DNA of 64,000 nt, taken from assembly GCA_947624005.1 (NCBI GenBank), contig CANQHV010000007.1, positions 2,059-66,058 on the forward strand. The letters run 5' to 3'. Below are positions 35,386-47,034 of the stretch, piece after piece; within the stretch, counting starts at the first letter, position 1; each line of letters begins with the position of its first letter. Source of the stretch: an uncultured Clostridia bacterium (lineage in GTDB: Bacteria; Bacillota; Clostridia; Christensenellales; Borkfalkiaceae). A program made the translations under genes and the position numbers. A model generated the notes under the pieces. It was given only the letters and a program-made list of their open reading frames with translations, had not been told where the DNA came from and made no database searches.

Positions 35386-36386
35386 CAGTTTGAAGTACGT
35401 TCCTTATGAGCCTTTCTGATAAGCGTTTCGAGTTCTTTTGCCGCTTCGGCGTTTTGTTTTAAGTATTCGCGCATTTTTTCGCGACCTTGCGCGACTTTTT
35501 CGTCCTTGAAATTGAACCACGCGCCGCTTTTTGTCAAAATGCCGTATTCAAGACCGAGGTCTATAAGGCAACCTTCCTGCGAAATACCCTCGCCGTAAAT
35601 TATATCGAATTCGGCGACTTTGAAAGGAGGCGCAACCTTGTTTTTTACAACCTTGCATTTGGCGCGATTGCCTATTATCTCGCCCTCGTCTTTAAGCGCG
35701 TCTGCCTTTCTTATATCGAGGCGGACAGAAGCAAAATATTTAAGAGCTTTACCGCCGGGGGTCGTTTCGGGGTTGCCGAACATTATTCCGACTTTCTCGC
35801 GCAATTGGTTAATGAATATAACGCAGGTTTTCGAGCGGTTGGTTATCGCGGTAAGCTTTCTGAGCGCCTGCGACATAAGTCTTGCCAAAAGTCCGACATG
35901 CGTATCGCCCATATCGCCCTCTATTTCGGCTTTGGGCGTAAGCGCGGCAACCGAGTCAACTACTATAACGTCAACCGCCGACGAGCGCACAAGCGATTCG
36001 CATATATCAAGGGCCTGTTCGCCCGTATCGGGTTGCGAAAGGTACAATTCGTTTATATTGACGCCGAGTTTAGCCGCATACTGCGCGTCGAGGGCGTGTT
36101 CCGCGTCGATAAAAGCCGCCACGCCTCCCGCTTTCTGCGTTTCGGCAATTATATGCAACGCAACGGTGGTTTTACCCGAAGACTCGGGTCCGAAAATTTC
36201 GAGAATCCTGCCGCGCGGCACGCCGCCGACGCCCAAAGCAAGGTCAAGCGAAAGACAGCCCGTTGTTATAACTTCGATATCGGTGTTTACGTTGTAATCT
36301 CCGAGCTTCATTATCGCGCCCTTGCCGTACTGCTTTTCAATCATTGCAACGGTAGAATTCAACGCTTTGAGTTTTTCTTCGTTCAT
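35385..36386 (-). CDS. recA: recombinase RecA
   Basis: 333 aa with [18 protein letters not shown] and VVDSVAAL. Confidence 0.98.
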   Translation of the reverse strand: MNEEKLKALNSTVAMIEKQYGKGAIMKLGDYNVNTDIEVITTGCLSLDLALGVGGVPRGRILEIFGPESSGKTTVALHIIAETQKAGGVAAFIDAEHALDAQYAAKLGVNINELYLSQPDTGEQALDICESLVRSSAVDVIVVDSVAALTPKAEIEGDMGDTHVGLLARLMSQALRKLTAITNRSKTCVIFINQLREKVGIMFGNPETTPGGKALKYFASVRLDIRKADALKDEGEIIGNRAKCKVVKNKVAPPFKVAEFDIIYGEGISQEGCLIDLGLEYGILTKSGAWFNFKDEKVAQGREKMREYLKQNAEAAKELETLIRKAHKERTSN

Positions 36387-36400
36387 ATCTTACTCCTAAA

Positions 36401-37468
36401 TTATTTTAACTGTTTGTAAGTCAAAAACAGCGCAAGATTTATCGCCGTATTTGTTATTTCGTCCCTGCTCCCCTTTAAATTGTATTGGAACACGGAGATT
36501 TGTTCCGCCGTACCGACGGCAATATATATAAGCCCTACGGGTTTGGCGGTATTGTCCGATTTAGGACCCGCAATACCCGTCGTCGCTATACTTACGTCGC
36601 AATTGCCCGTCTGTAAAAGCCCGTCCGCCATCTGGTACGCCGTTTCTTTCGAAACCGCGCCGTTTTGTATAAGCGTAAGTTCTTTGACGTGCAGTCTTTC
36701 GCGTTTCGAGTCGTTCGAATAGGTATTAAGCCCCTCGTAAAACACTTCGCTGACGCCGGGAACTTCGACAAGCTTTTTGCAAACGCCGCCGCCCGTAAAC
36801 GATTCGGCTACGCTTATTCTCATTCTTCTTAACTTTAAAAGCTGAAAAAGCCTTTGCGCAAGCGTAACATCCTCCATTGCGTAAACGTAGTCGTTCAGCG
36901 TGGTCAAAAGAGACCTTATAACTGCGTCAACGCTCATTTTGGGGGTTTGTTCGGAATATATAATGCGGATTGTACATTCGCCGTACTGCTCGCTTACTTC
37001 GAAATTTACGTCCGCAAGTCCGCTGGCGGCGTTTATCGCGTAAGCAATCTCTTCCGAGCTTGCGCCGACGGTTTTGACATAGGCGCAGTCAAATTTAAGA
37101 TTATATCTTCTGTCCATGATATCTATTATTTCGGGACAGTGAAGTTTATTTTCACCGTCCGAAAACAAAAGATATACGTAAACTTTATCACCTTTAAGCA
37201 CGCCGCGTTCGTCAAATTCGCAACCCGTAAGATTTTCTAAAAAGCTTCGGATTGTTCCGTCCATAACCGCGGGGCAGTGTATAAGCAGGTTGTCGTACCG
37301 CTCCGCTCCGTCCGTAAGCGCGGCTACGATTTCGTCGGACGAATCGTATGCGATAAGACTGACCTTATCGAAATGAAATCCCGCCGCGGAAAAAGCGTCT
37401 AAAATCGCGCCCACTTCCGCGCTGTTATTGATTTTTTTGTTTCTCATCGAAACGAGGCAATTAGGCAT
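36401..37468 (-). CDS. cinA: CinA-family protein: C-terminal PncC (NMN amidohydrolase) domain with a non-canonical N-terminal domain
   Basis: The C-terminal ~160 aa matches the CinA/PncC domain (AESFTGGG..EGLNTYSN..TGIAGP..KPVGL). I could not align the N-terminal ~190 aa with the usual MoCF-type CinA N-domain (no ..IIAVGTELL.. start). Confidence 0.7.
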   Translation of the reverse strand: MPNCLVSMRNKKINNSAEVGAILDAFSAAGFHFDKVSLIAYDSSDEIVAALTDGAERYDNLLIHCPAVMDGTIRSFLENLTGCEFDERGVLKGDKVYVYLLFSDGENKLHCPEIIDIMDRRYNLKFDCAYVKTVGASSEEIAYAINAASGLADVNFEVSEQYGECTIRIIYSEQTPKMSVDAVIRSLLTTLNDYVYAMEDVTLAQRLFQLLKLRRMRISVAESFTGGGVCKKLVEVPGVSEVFYEGLNTYSNDSKRERLHVKELTLIQNGAVSKETAYQMADGLLQTGNCDVSIATTGIAGPKSDNTAKPVGLIYIAVGTAEQISVFQYNLKGSRDEITNTAINLALFLTYKQLK

Positions 37469-37470
37469 AG

Positions 37471-38139
37471 TTATTTTTTAAGAACCTCTTTGTTTTTTAC
37501 GAGGTAATAGACGCCCGAAATTATCGTAAGTATTACCGCAAGCGCAAAAAACGACAAACCGACATAGTAGAAAATCTTCGTTGCAAGCCCCGTGGTAAGC
37601 TCGGCAAGCCCCGCGTAAAAAATCAGAATTATTACAGCCGCGTCTTGCGTACAGGTCTTGTATTTGCCTATTTTGTCTGCGGCTATAACAAGCCCCGAGC
37701 TTGCGGCGACCATTCTGAAACCGCTTATGATTATTTCGCGGGCGAGGATTACCGCCACCCCGCAACCCGCCACGATATTCACCCAATCGCCCTGAAAGCC
37801 GTAAAAGATTTCGGGACGGGCAAGCAGCAGACACAGCGCGGACAAAACAAGCACCTTATCCGCAATCGGGTCCAAAAATTTACCTAAATTAGTCACAAGA
37901 CCGTATTTTCTTGCTATTTTGCCGTCGAAAAGGTCGGTAAGGCTTGCGACTGCAAACACCGCAAGCGCGATAAAATAGTGTGAAGTAAAGTCCACGCAAA
38001 AAAGAACTATAAATACGGGTATCATAACCATTCTCGAAATCGTAAGCTTATTGGGAAGGTTCATAACGCCCTTACCTGCGGCAATTTTATAACCGCGGGT
38101 ATTTTTTATGTCTTCGTTTTGTTTTTGTTCTTCGCTCAT
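37471..38139 (-). CDS. pgsA: CDP-diacylglycerol--glycerol-3-phosphate 3-phosphatidyltransferase
   Basis: CDP-alcohol phosphatidyltransferase motif DLFDGKIARKYGLVTNLGKFLDPIADK, with multiple TM helices. ATGA overlap with rimO. Confidence 0.92.
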   Translation of the reverse strand: MSEEQKQNEDIKNTRGYKIAAGKGVMNLPNKLTISRMVMIPVFIVLFCVDFTSHYFIALAVFAVASLTDLFDGKIARKYGLVTNLGKFLDPIADKVLVLSALCLLLARPEIFYGFQGDWVNIVAGCGVAVILAREIIISGFRMVAASSGLVIAADKIGKYKTCTQDAAVIILIFYAGLAELTTGLATKIFYYVGLSFFALAVILTIISGVYYLVKNKEVLKK

Positions 38140-39470
38140 TTCACATAGTCCTCCGTAGTTCCGAATAAATCGTAACAGTCGGCGTGCTGAATTTTAACAT
38201 CGTAATATTCGCCTTGCATCGCGTGCGGCGCGTTGAAATAAACCTTTCCGTCGATATCGGGAGCGGAAAAATACGCCCGCCCGATAAAACAGTTTTTATT
38301 GTAATCTATTCCGTCGCATAAAACGCGCAATTTTTTGCCGACAAAGCCGCTTAAAATCTCGGCGGAAATACTTTGCTGAACGGCATAAAGTTTTCTGACG
38401 CGCTTTTTCTTTTCGGAATAGGGCAATTGACCTTTAAGCTTGTACGCGGGCGTATCGGGTTCGCGCGAATACGCGAAAAACCCGCAGTTATTAAGCCTTG
38501 CCTCTTTTAAAAAGCCGCACAGCCCCTCCGCTTCTTCCTCGGTTTCGCCCGGAAAACCCGATATAAAGGTCGAACGTATGGCAATCTGCGGTATTTCGTT
38601 GCGGAGTTTTTCCACAAGACCGAGATATTCCGCCCTCGACCCATTTCTGTTCATAAGTTTTAAAATTCTGTCTTCGCTGTGCTGAAAAGGAATATCGACG
38701 TATTTTATAATTTTCGGATTGTCGCGTATTTCCTCGATAAGCCCGTCGTCAATCATATCGGGGTAGCAGTATAATAATCTTACGCTTTTAATGTTGACAA
38801 GTTCTGTCAGCTTTTGCAAAAAAGTCCGTAATTTTTTTTCGCCGTATAAATCAATGCCGTAACGCGTTATGTCCTGCGCAACCAAAATGAGTTCGGAAAT
38901 TTCGCCCAGCTCCTCCGCTTCGGTTAACAGCTCGTCCATAGGCGCGCTTTTGTATGCGCCGCGGATTTTGGGTATAAGACAATAAGTACACCTGTTATCG
39001 CAACCGTCTGCAATTTTAAGGTAGGCGTAATGCTCGGGCGTAGTCAGAACGCGCGACGCGCCGCAAGCGCCGTTGCCGCTGTTTACGTAATTCACCCGCT
39101 CGCCGCCGTACGATTTTTCCAACGCGTTGAAAAAATTCCCGTAATCGTTTACGCCGAGAAAAACGTCGGCTTCAGTAAGAGCGGAAAAAGTTTCGTCAAT
39201 AAACTTCTGCGGCAAACAGCCGCAAAGCACAAGTTTTTCAAGGTTTTTGCTTTTGTATGCGGCAAACTCCAACGCGGTTTCAATCGACTCTTTTCGCGAT
39301 TCGTTCAAAAACGCGCAGGTGTTGATTACAAGAACCTGCGCCTCGTTTATATCCGAAGTCACAGTACAACCCGCCGATTTAATTATTGACAACAGTTTTT
39401 CCGAGTCAACCCTGTTTTTATCGCAACCGAGCGATATAAGCCCGAATTTTTTTCGGGTGAAATCAATCAT
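38136..39470 (-). CDS. rimO: ribosomal protein S12 methylthiotransferase RimO
   Basis: SLGCDKNRVDSE, radical-SAM CDNRCTYCLIP and a TRAM domain. I prefer the ATG at 39470 (ATGATTGA overlap with the ftsK stop). The ORF is open to a GTG at 39479. Confidence 0.9.
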   Translation of the reverse strand: MIDFTRKKFGLISLGCDKNRVDSEKLLSIIKSAGCTVTSDINEAQVLVINTCAFLNESRKESIETALEFAAYKSKNLEKLVLCGCLPQKFIDETFSALTEADVFLGVNDYGNFFNALEKSYGGERVNYVNSGNGACGASRVLTTPEHYAYLKIADGCDNRCTYCLIPKIRGAYKSAPMDELLTEAEELGEISELILVAQDITRYGIDLYGEKKLRTFLQKLTELVNIKSVRLLYCYPDMIDDGLIEEIRDNPKIIKYVDIPFQHSEDRILKLMNRNGSRAEYLGLVEKLRNEIPQIAIRSTFISGFPGETEEEAEGLCGFLKEARLNNCGFFAYSREPDTPAYKLKGQLPYSEKKKRVRKLYAVQQSISAEILSGFVGKKLRVLCDGIDYNKNCFIGRAYFSAPDIDGKVYFNAPHAMQGEYYDVKIQHADCYDLFGTTEDYVK

Positions 39471-42400
39471 CAATGTCACCGTAGGTGTTTATAAATTCTT
39501 CCTTGGACATAAGGACTTTTCTCGGTTTGGACCCCTCGGACTGAGTGACGTAATTCATATTTTCCATCCAGTCGATAATTTTGCAAGCCTTTATGTAACC
39601 TACGGGAAAACGCCGCTGAATCATCGAAACGGACGCCTGATTTGAAGTAACGCAATATTTAAGCGCCTTTATAAAGGTTTCGTCTATCTTCATATCGCCG
39701 CCCTCGCTTCCCTCTCCGCCGTCGCCGACGGGATTTGCGGCAGGCTCTTCTTCGACCTTGTTTATGAAGTCGGAAACGCTTTGGTCGAAGTAAGTTTCGT
39801 TATTGGCTTTGATAAAGTCGGTGACAGCCTGCACTTCGTGCGTGTCGATAAAGCAACCCTGTATTCTCGCAAGGTCGGGATTGTCTGCCGAACGGAAATA
39901 CATATCGCCCTTGCCGAGCAATTTTTCCGCACCGCCGATATCGAAAATGGTACGCGAATCGTCGAAAGAGTTGACTTTGAAGCCTATACGCGTAGGCAGG
40001 TTAGATTTGATAAGACCCGTAATGCAGTCAACCGACGGGCGCTGGGTTGCCAAAATAAGGTGAATACCGCACGCGCGCGCCTTCTGCACAAGTTTTATAA
40101 TTCTGCTTTCGATATCTTTTTTGGCTTGAAGCATCAAATCGCCGAACTCGTCGAGGACGATGACGATTTTTGGAAGCTTTTCTTCGCCGTCTGGCAGATG
40201 CGCGTTGTATTCGTCGAGATTTTTGGTCGCCACGCCGCGCTCGGTCATTTCCTTGAAAAGCGTGTATCTGCGCTCCATTTCCTTATTAGCCCAATTCAAC
40301 GCTTTGATGGCTTTATCGACGTCGTACAGAATTTCGTTTATCATAAGGTGGGGCAGTTTATCGTAAGAAATAAATTCAACCTGTTTGGGGTCCACAAGTA
40401 TTAGGCGCAGTTCCTCGGGACCGTACTTATACAAAAGACTGATAAGAAGCGCGCTGAGGCATATACTTTTACCGCTGCCCGTAGTACCCGCTACCAAAAG
40501 GTGCGGCATTTTTGTTATATCGGGGCAAACGACTTCGCCCTCTACGTTTTTGCCGAGCGCAAACGACAGGCTGTTTGTCTTGGCGTTTATAAATTTGGGA
40601 CTTGCAAGAATGGATTTAAGCCCCACAATACTGCGGTTGTTGTTCGGAACTTCGATAGACAGCGCGCCTTTCGAATAATTCAAATAGACGTTTACGTTGT
40701 CCTTTAAAAGCGACATTGCCAAAGCGTCGCGGTAATTAAGCGCGCGCTTTATGTTGGTTTTGTCGGCGATTATAACGTCGTAACGCGTAATTGCGGGTCC
40801 TATGACGACGTTTGCGACTTCGCTTGTTATTTTAAAGCGTTCAAGCGTTTCGACGATTGTACGCTTGTTGTCGTCGATTTCTCCCGTGTTCACATTGTTG
40901 TTTTCGGGATAGTCGTCCAAAAGGTCGAGGGTCGGGCGCACGTATTTTTTCCAAACGTGTTTGGGCTTTTCCTCTTCGACCTCTTCTTTGGCGGCGGGCG
41001 CGGGAGCAGGCTCTACGCGGCGAAGGTCGCGCGTATCGCGCCTGTCTGTATTCAAAGGCGACGGCTCGGGCGTACGCGGTACGCTCGGGCGCGTAGGCGC
41101 TGTATTGTCGGGCGTTCTCGTCGAGAACAGATTGTCGCCCGAAAACATATCGTCTTCGTCGTCGGCTTCCTCGCTCATTTCCGCGCGGTCTGTATTCTGA
41201 ACGCGGTCTATATTCTGAATGCGGTCTGCGCTATCGGCGCGTTCGCCGCGCGAAAGCCGCGAAGTATCTGGATTGACCCTGTTTTCGCTTGCGCGGGGAT
41301 TTTCCGCGTTGAAAATGCTGAAAAGGCTCGACCTGCCCGTTTCGCGCGGTTCGTCGTCCCTTATAACCTGACCGTAGCGGCTCTCTTCGGGCTTTTCGGG
41401 AGCGCGGCTGTCCGTAAACCCGACTTTCGTTTGCTCGTCGGATTCGGGTTCGGCTATATCTTCCACGTCGTTTTCCGTTTCGTCGGAAATGCTTTCGGGA
41501 ACCTGTTCGGGTTCAATCTCTTCGAAACGTTCGGAATTGCGAATACTTTGGGAATAGCTTTCCTCTTCCCTTGCGGGCGGCGCAGGCTCGGCGGGTTCTT
41601 GCAAGGCGTTGCCGTTACCCGTAAAAGTGGGCGCGCCGTTTAAATTGTCTATCGGTTTTTCGCCGAATACATAGTTCGAGGGCATCGATTGCGCGGGAGA
41701 ATTTAAAATCTGTTCCTGATAACTTTCGGAATACGTCTGCGTTTCGCGTTGCGCGGGTTTGTTGCCGCTCGAAAAACTTGCGAGATAATCGTTTTGGTTT
41801 TCAACGGGGTGATTGAAATACGAACTTTCGTTGAAAATCATATTCCGACGGTAACTTTCGGCGGCAAATTCGCCGTTTTCAAACAGAATTTTTCTGCCGA
41901 GATTTTTCTGCGAAAATCTGTCGTTGTCCTCTTCGGGTTGCACGGGCGCGGCCTCTCCGTATTGCGGTTGCTGTACATACTGCGACTGTTGCGGCTGTAC
42001 GGCTTGCGTATACTGCTGCCCGTCGCGGGGATATTGCGGCTGTTCCGCCTGCGCTTCTGCCGTTTCGGCGGGTTGCGCGGTTACGGCAACCTCTTCTTCG
42101 GCAGAGCCGACGTCCGCCGAAACTTCGTCCGTTACGACGATTTCGCCCGCGCGCACGCGCTTTTTGGGGCGGCGGACGACGTAAAACACGAGATAACAGC
42201 TTGCAAGAAAGAGTATGGTATAAATCACATACGCGCCGACGAATGTCGTCAGTTTGGCGACGGGATACACAAATATTGCGGAAATTACTCCGCCGAAAGT
42301 ATAACCCGAAATACCGTTTTGCGCGTTTTTATAGCAGTCAGAAATATACGCGCCATAACTGCCGAGCGTATACCCGCGGGTGGAAACCGCGTGGAAAAGC

Positions 42401-42726
42401 ATAAAAAACAAGAATACGGAAAGCGCAACCGACAGAGCGACGGAAACCCTTACTTTGAACATTTTTTCGAAAACGAGTTTAAAACCGAGGCAAGCAAAAG
42501 CCGCAATAAGCAAAAACGAGCCGTAGCCGAAAGTTCCGTACATAAACGTACAGATTGACCTGCCAAGCCCCGCAAAAACTCCGCTGCCCGTGACCAACGT
42601 CAATAAGACGATACCGCAGAAAAGCAATATCGTCATACCGAAAGTTTCGCGTGTGAAAATCAGGGAAGAATTAAACCCATTCCCTTTTTTCGATTCATTT
42701 TTCCCGTCGTTTACGTCGTTCTTCAC
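39463..42726 (-). CDS. ftsK: DNA translocase FtsK/SpoIIIE
   Basis: 1087 aa with an N-terminal multi-TM domain, a ~400-aa low-complexity linker, a motor domain with Walker A GTTGSGKS and a C-terminal winged-helix gamma domain. GTG start 6 nt after GGAGA. Confidence 0.93.
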   Translation of the reverse strand: MKNDVNDGKNESKKGNGFNSSLIFTRETFGMTILLFCGIVLLTLVTGSGVFAGLGRSICTFMYGTFGYGSFLLIAAFACLGFKLVFEKMFKVRVSVALSVALSVFLFFMLFHAVSTRGYTLGSYGAYISDCYKNAQNGISGYTFGGVISAIFVYPVAKLTTFVGAYVIYTILFLASCYLVFYVVRRPKKRVRAGEIVVTDEVSADVGSAEEEVAVTAQPAETAEAQAEQPQYPRDGQQYTQAVQPQQSQYVQQPQYGEAAPVQPEEDNDRFSQKNLGRKILFENGEFAAESYRRNMIFNESSYFNHPVENQNDYLASFSSGNKPAQRETQTYSESYQEQILNSPAQSMPSNYVFGEKPIDNLNGAPTFTGNGNALQEPAEPAPPAREEESYSQSIRNSERFEEIEPEQVPESISDETENDVEDIAEPESDEQTKVGFTDSRAPEKPEESRYGQVIRDDEPRETGRSSLFSIFNAENPRASENRVNPDTSRLSRGERADSADRIQNIDRVQNTDRAEMSEEADDEDDMFSGDNLFSTRTPDNTAPTRPSVPRTPEPSPLNTDRRDTRDLRRVEPAPAPAAKEEVEEEKPKHVWKKYVRPTLDLLDDYPENNNVNTGEIDDNKRTIVETLERFKITSEVANVVIGPAITRYDVIIADKTNIKRALNYRDALAMSLLKDNVNVYLNYSKGALSIEVPNNNRSIVGLKSILASPKFINAKTNSLSFALGKNVEGEVVCPDITKMPHLLVAGTTGSGKSICLSALLISLLYKYGPEELRLILVDPKQVEFISYDKLPHLMINEILYDVDKAIKALNWANKEMERRYTLFKEMTERGVATKNLDEYNAHLPDGEEKLPKIVIVLDEFGDLMLQAKKDIESRIIKLVQKARACGIHLILATQRPSVDCITGLIKSNLPTRIGFKVNSFDDSRTIFDIGGAEKLLGKGDMYFRSADNPDLARIQGCFIDTHEVQAVTDFIKANNETYFDQSVSDFINKVEEEPAANPVGDGGEGSEGGDMKIDETFIKALKYCVTSNQASVSMIQRRFPVGYIKACKIIDWMENMNYVTQSEGSKPRKVLMSKEEFINTYGDIDD

Positions 42727-42837
42727 CGTCTTTCTCCGCTAAATCGCAAAAATCGTATTTTTTCATTTTTATTATATCATTTTCAATCGGAAATAACAAC
42801 AAAATCACGCTAAAAAAATCAACTTTTATATATTTAT

Positions 42838-42868
42838 ATATAAAAAGGCGGACCCGTTCGGGTCCGCC
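42838..42868 (-). terminator. intrinsic terminator of ilvC
   Basis: ggcggaccc (42847..42855) pairs with gggtccgcc (42860..42868). On the minus strand it is followed by UUUUUAUAUAUA. Confidence 0.85.
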
Positions 42869-42884
42869 CTCAATTTCCGATATA

Positions 42885-43976
<1,092 letters not shown>

Positions 43977-44014
43977 GTAATATTAAATTTTATCAAAAAA
44001 AATCTGCAAAAAAA

Positions 44015-44043
44015 TTGCAAATACGCGCGAAAGCAATTATAAT
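44015..44043 (+). promoter_or_regulatory. sigma-A type promoter of the DUF815 ATPase gene
   Basis: TTGCAA (44015..44020), 17-nt spacer, TATAAT (44038..44043). Confidence 0.6.
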
Positions 44044-44070
44044 TAAATAAAAAACCCGAGGAGCGTTAAA

Positions 44071-45237
44071 ATGCCTTATTTCGGTTTACGGAACCTGACC
44101 GTTTTACGGGGAATACTTCGCGACGACGTGGTATCGTCGCTTAACGGCTGTCTGATAAGCGGAAGCGATATCGACCGTTCGGTCTTTTTGCACTCGCTTT
44201 ATCTGTGCGGCGGCGAAAACAATCTTACCGAATATATACAGAATGTTATTTTATATGACGAAAACCCCGTTTCGGTTGCCTTTGCCAACAAAAAAACGCC
44301 CTCGGACTATCTTCTGAAAGCGTATAAAGGCGACCTCGGCCGTATTTTCGGCGCGATAAACGCAGTCGCGCCTTTCGGCGAATTTTCTATAGGTTGCTTT
44401 TCGGCTCCGTTTTCCGCCGACGCGGACGAAACGGTCAAAAATCTTTCGGAGTTCTATTCGCGGTTCGGTTACGGCAAATTTATAAACAACGCGGCTTTCA
44501 ACTTCGAAAACGGCGAGCTTGTTCCCATTAAAAATACCGCCGATATTTCGCTTTCCGAACTCAAAAATTACGAAACGGAAAAAAATATCATCGAAAGCAA
44601 TATCGTAAATTTTTTACACGGACTTCCCTACTCGCATATGCTTTTGTACGGCGACAGAGGCACGGGCAAATCGTCAACCGTCCACGCGATGCTTAAAAAA
44701 TATTTCCCGTCGGGTTTGAGGATTATAGAAATAAACAAAGAGAATATGTTGCAGATTCCGAAAATCAGGCAGCATATTCTCGCCAATCCTCTTAAATTCA
44801 TAATTTTTATCGACGATTTGTCGCTTAACGAAAACGACGATAAAATTTCGGCTTTGAAAGCAAGCCTCGAAGGTTCGGTTTCCGCGGCGACCGACAATAC
44901 TATGATTGTCGCGACTTCCAACCGCCGCCATATCGTTAAAGAAAGCTTTTCCGACCGCGACAACTCGGTTCACGCCGCCGACTCGATTCAGGAACAACTT
45001 TCGCTTTCGGACAGATTCGGCATAACCGTTATGTTTTCGACTACCGACAAACAGAACTACCTTTCGATAGTTTCGCAGCTCGCCGCCGACGTTAAACTTA
45101 AACTTCCAACTGACGAACTTTTGTCGCTCGCCGAAAAATGGGCCATTGTAAAAGGCGGCAGGTCGCCGAGGCGCGCAAAGCAGTTTGTAGACCTTGCTTT
45201 TTCGTGCGAAGTCAAGGGCGAGCCGATAGATTTCTGA
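44071..45237 (+). CDS. AAA-type ATP-binding protein (DUF815 family)
   Basis: 388 aa with Walker A YGDRGTGKSS and Walker B-like IIFIDDL. Confidence 0.7.
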   Translation: MPYFGLRNLTVLRGILRDDVVSSLNGCLISGSDIDRSVFLHSLYLCGGENNLTEYIQNVILYDENPVSVAFANKKTPSDYLLKAYKGDLGRIFGAINAVAPFGEFSIGCFSAPFSADADETVKNLSEFYSRFGYGKFINNAAFNFENGELVPIKNTADISLSELKNYETEKNIIESNIVNFLHGLPYSHMLLYGDRGTGKSSTVHAMLKKYFPSGLRIIEINKENMLQIPKIRQHILANPLKFIIFIDDLSLNENDDKISALKASLEGSVSAATDNTMIVATSNRRHIVKESFSDRDNSVHAADSIQEQLSLSDRFGITVMFSTTDKQNYLSIVSQLAADVKLKLPTDELLSLAEKWAIVKGGRSPRRAKQFVDLAFSCEVKGEPIDF

Positions 45238-46549
45238 CGATATTTTTTGCTATATCGTATATATCTCCCGCCCCGAGGAAGATTACCGTATCCCCCTCCG
45301 TTGCTCTCGAAATAAAATTCACTATATCCCGCTCGCATTCGCCGTAGCGGGATTTTTTTATTGCGTTCGAAAGCGTAAGCGCGCTTCCAGCGTCGTCAAA
45401 ATACTCGCGCGCGGCGTAAGTTCTGTAAATAAGCAGATTGTTCTGCATAGACAGCGCCCTTACAAATTGTTTGAAAAGATTTTTGGTTCTTGAATAAGTA
45501 TGCGGCTGAAAGACAATAAACAATCTGCCGCGCGTAATCTTGCGCGCCGTGCGCAAGGTGGCGCGTATTTCCGTCGGGTGATGGGCGTAATCGGCAAAAT
45601 AATTTACGCCGCCTATGTAGCCTATCTTTTCGAATCTGCGCTCTACGCCGCAGAAATCCGCAAGCCCCGCGGCTATATCGCAAAAGTCTATTCCTGCGCT
45701 TCGCGCAACCGCTATCGCCGCGAGCGCGTTTAAAATATTGTGCTTGCCGTAGACGTTAAGTCTTACGTTGCCGAGCATATTGTCGCCCTCGTAAGCCGAA
45801 AATGAATATATACCCGCTATATTTTTGATATTGCGTGCGTTAAAACGGGCGTTTTTATCGTAACCGAAAGTTATACCGCCCTCCACCGCGCCGTCCTTGT
45901 AAAGCGAAACGGCGATATCCGCGCCGTCCGCAAATTCCGCGTATGCGCGTTTCAATTTTTCGGCGTTGCCGTAACATTCGAGGTGGTCGGCGTCGCTGTT
46001 CAACACCACGGCGATATGCGGTTTTAAAAGCAAAAAGTTCTTTTTGTATTCGCACGCTTCGGTAATAAAATAATCGTCGCCGCAGTAGTACGAATTGGAA
46101 AAAGCGCAGTCGTTTCCGCCGATATGCGCGCAGAACTTCTTCTTCGCCGCCGAAAAAATATGGGCGAGCATCGATGTACAGGTGGTTTTGCCGTGACAGC
46201 CCGAAACCGCAATTACCGTACCGAAAGTCCGACTGACTTCATACAAAAGCTGACCGCGCGAAATTACGGGTTTTCCGAGTTCCACCGCCTCGCACAGTTG
46301 CCTGTCGTTTTCGCGCACCGCGTCGGTATAGACTATAAGGTCGAAATCTTTTACGCTACCCCTTTCGTCGCCCGTTTCGACGGCTATCCCGAGCGATTGC
46401 AGCGAGCGCGTAAAAACGCTTTCGCATATGTCGCTTCCCGCTACCGTTTTCCCCGTAATTTTAAGATATTTTGCAAGGGCGGACATACTTACTCCGCCTA
46501 TTCCGATAAAATAAATTTTATCGTATTTTGACGTAAAAACAGCGTGCAT
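45212..46549 (-). CDS. murC: UDP-N-acetylmuramate--L-alanine ligase
   Basis: [26 protein letters not shown] and the Mur ligase middle and C-terminal domains. Start taken at [14 protein letters not shown] (46549). Confidence 0.92.
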   Translation of the reverse strand: MHAVFTSKYDKIYFIGIGGVSMSALAKYLKITGKTVAGSDICESVFTRSLQSLGIAVETGDERGSVKDFDLIVYTDAVRENDRQLCEAVELGKPVISRGQLLYEVSRTFGTVIAVSGCHGKTTCTSMLAHIFSAAKKKFCAHIGGNDCAFSNSYYCGDDYFITEACEYKKNFLLLKPHIAVVLNSDADHLECYGNAEKLKRAYAEFADGADIAVSLYKDGAVEGGITFGYDKNARFNARNIKNIAGIYSFSAYEGDNMLGNVRLNVYGKHNILNALAAIAVARSAGIDFCDIAAGLADFCGVERRFEKIGYIGGVNYFADYAHHPTEIRATLRTARKITRGRLFIVFQPHTYSRTKNLFKQFVRALSMQNNLLIYRTYAAREYFDDAGSALTLSNAIKKSRYGECERDIVNFISRATEGDTVIFLGAGDIYDIAKNIVRNLSARP

Positions 46550-46633
46550 AATACATTTTATTATGAAAAATGTAGAAATAGCACGAAATTTCCGCATAAA
46601 TTACAATTTAAATCAAAATTATTTTATTTAGCG

Positions 46634-46662
46634 TTGAAATTTTTCACCTTTTATTGTAAAAT
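46634..46662 (+). promoter_or_regulatory. sigma-A type promoter of spoVG
   Basis: TTGAAA (46634..46639), 17-nt spacer, TAAAAT (46657..46662). Confidence 0.6.
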
Positions 46663-46693
46663 CATTTTAGTAGTATTATCTAGGTGGTGTTTT

Positions 46694-46957
46694 ATGGAAA
46701 TCACAGATGTACGAATCAGATTAGTTAACAAGGAGGACAATAAACTTAAAGCAGTAGCATCCGTTACTATCGATAATTGTTTTGTTATACACGATATAAA
46801 AATTATCGAATCTGCGGAGGGCGAGTTTATTGCGATGCCCAGCAGAAAAACTAATGATGGTGAATATAAGGATATTGCGCATCCACTTAACACCGCGACC
46901 CGAGAACTTTTTAAAACAGCTATCCTTACGGCTTACACTGATGAACTTAAAAAATAA
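46694..46957 (+). CDS. spoVG: SpoVG family regulator
   Basis: 87 aa, [39 protein letters not shown]...FIAMPSRK, the hallmark SpoVG sequence. AGGTGGTG RBS. Confidence 0.93.
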   Translation: MEITDVRIRLVNKEDNKLKAVASVTIDNCFVIHDIKIIESAEGEFIAMPSRKTNDGEYKDIAHPLNTATRELFKTAILTAYTDELKK

Positions 46958-47002
46958 GACCATTGGTTTTCCGTTAGTTAAATAATACTGAATTCTGCAA
47001 AA

Positions 47003-47034
47003 GAAAATACGCACTCGTCCGAGTGCGTATTTTC
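47003..47034. terminator. bidirectional terminator between spoVG and ftsZ
   Basis: gaaaatacgcactc (47003..47016) pairs with gagtgcgtattttc (47021..47034) around a 4-nt loop. U-runs are available on both strands. Confidence 0.8.
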
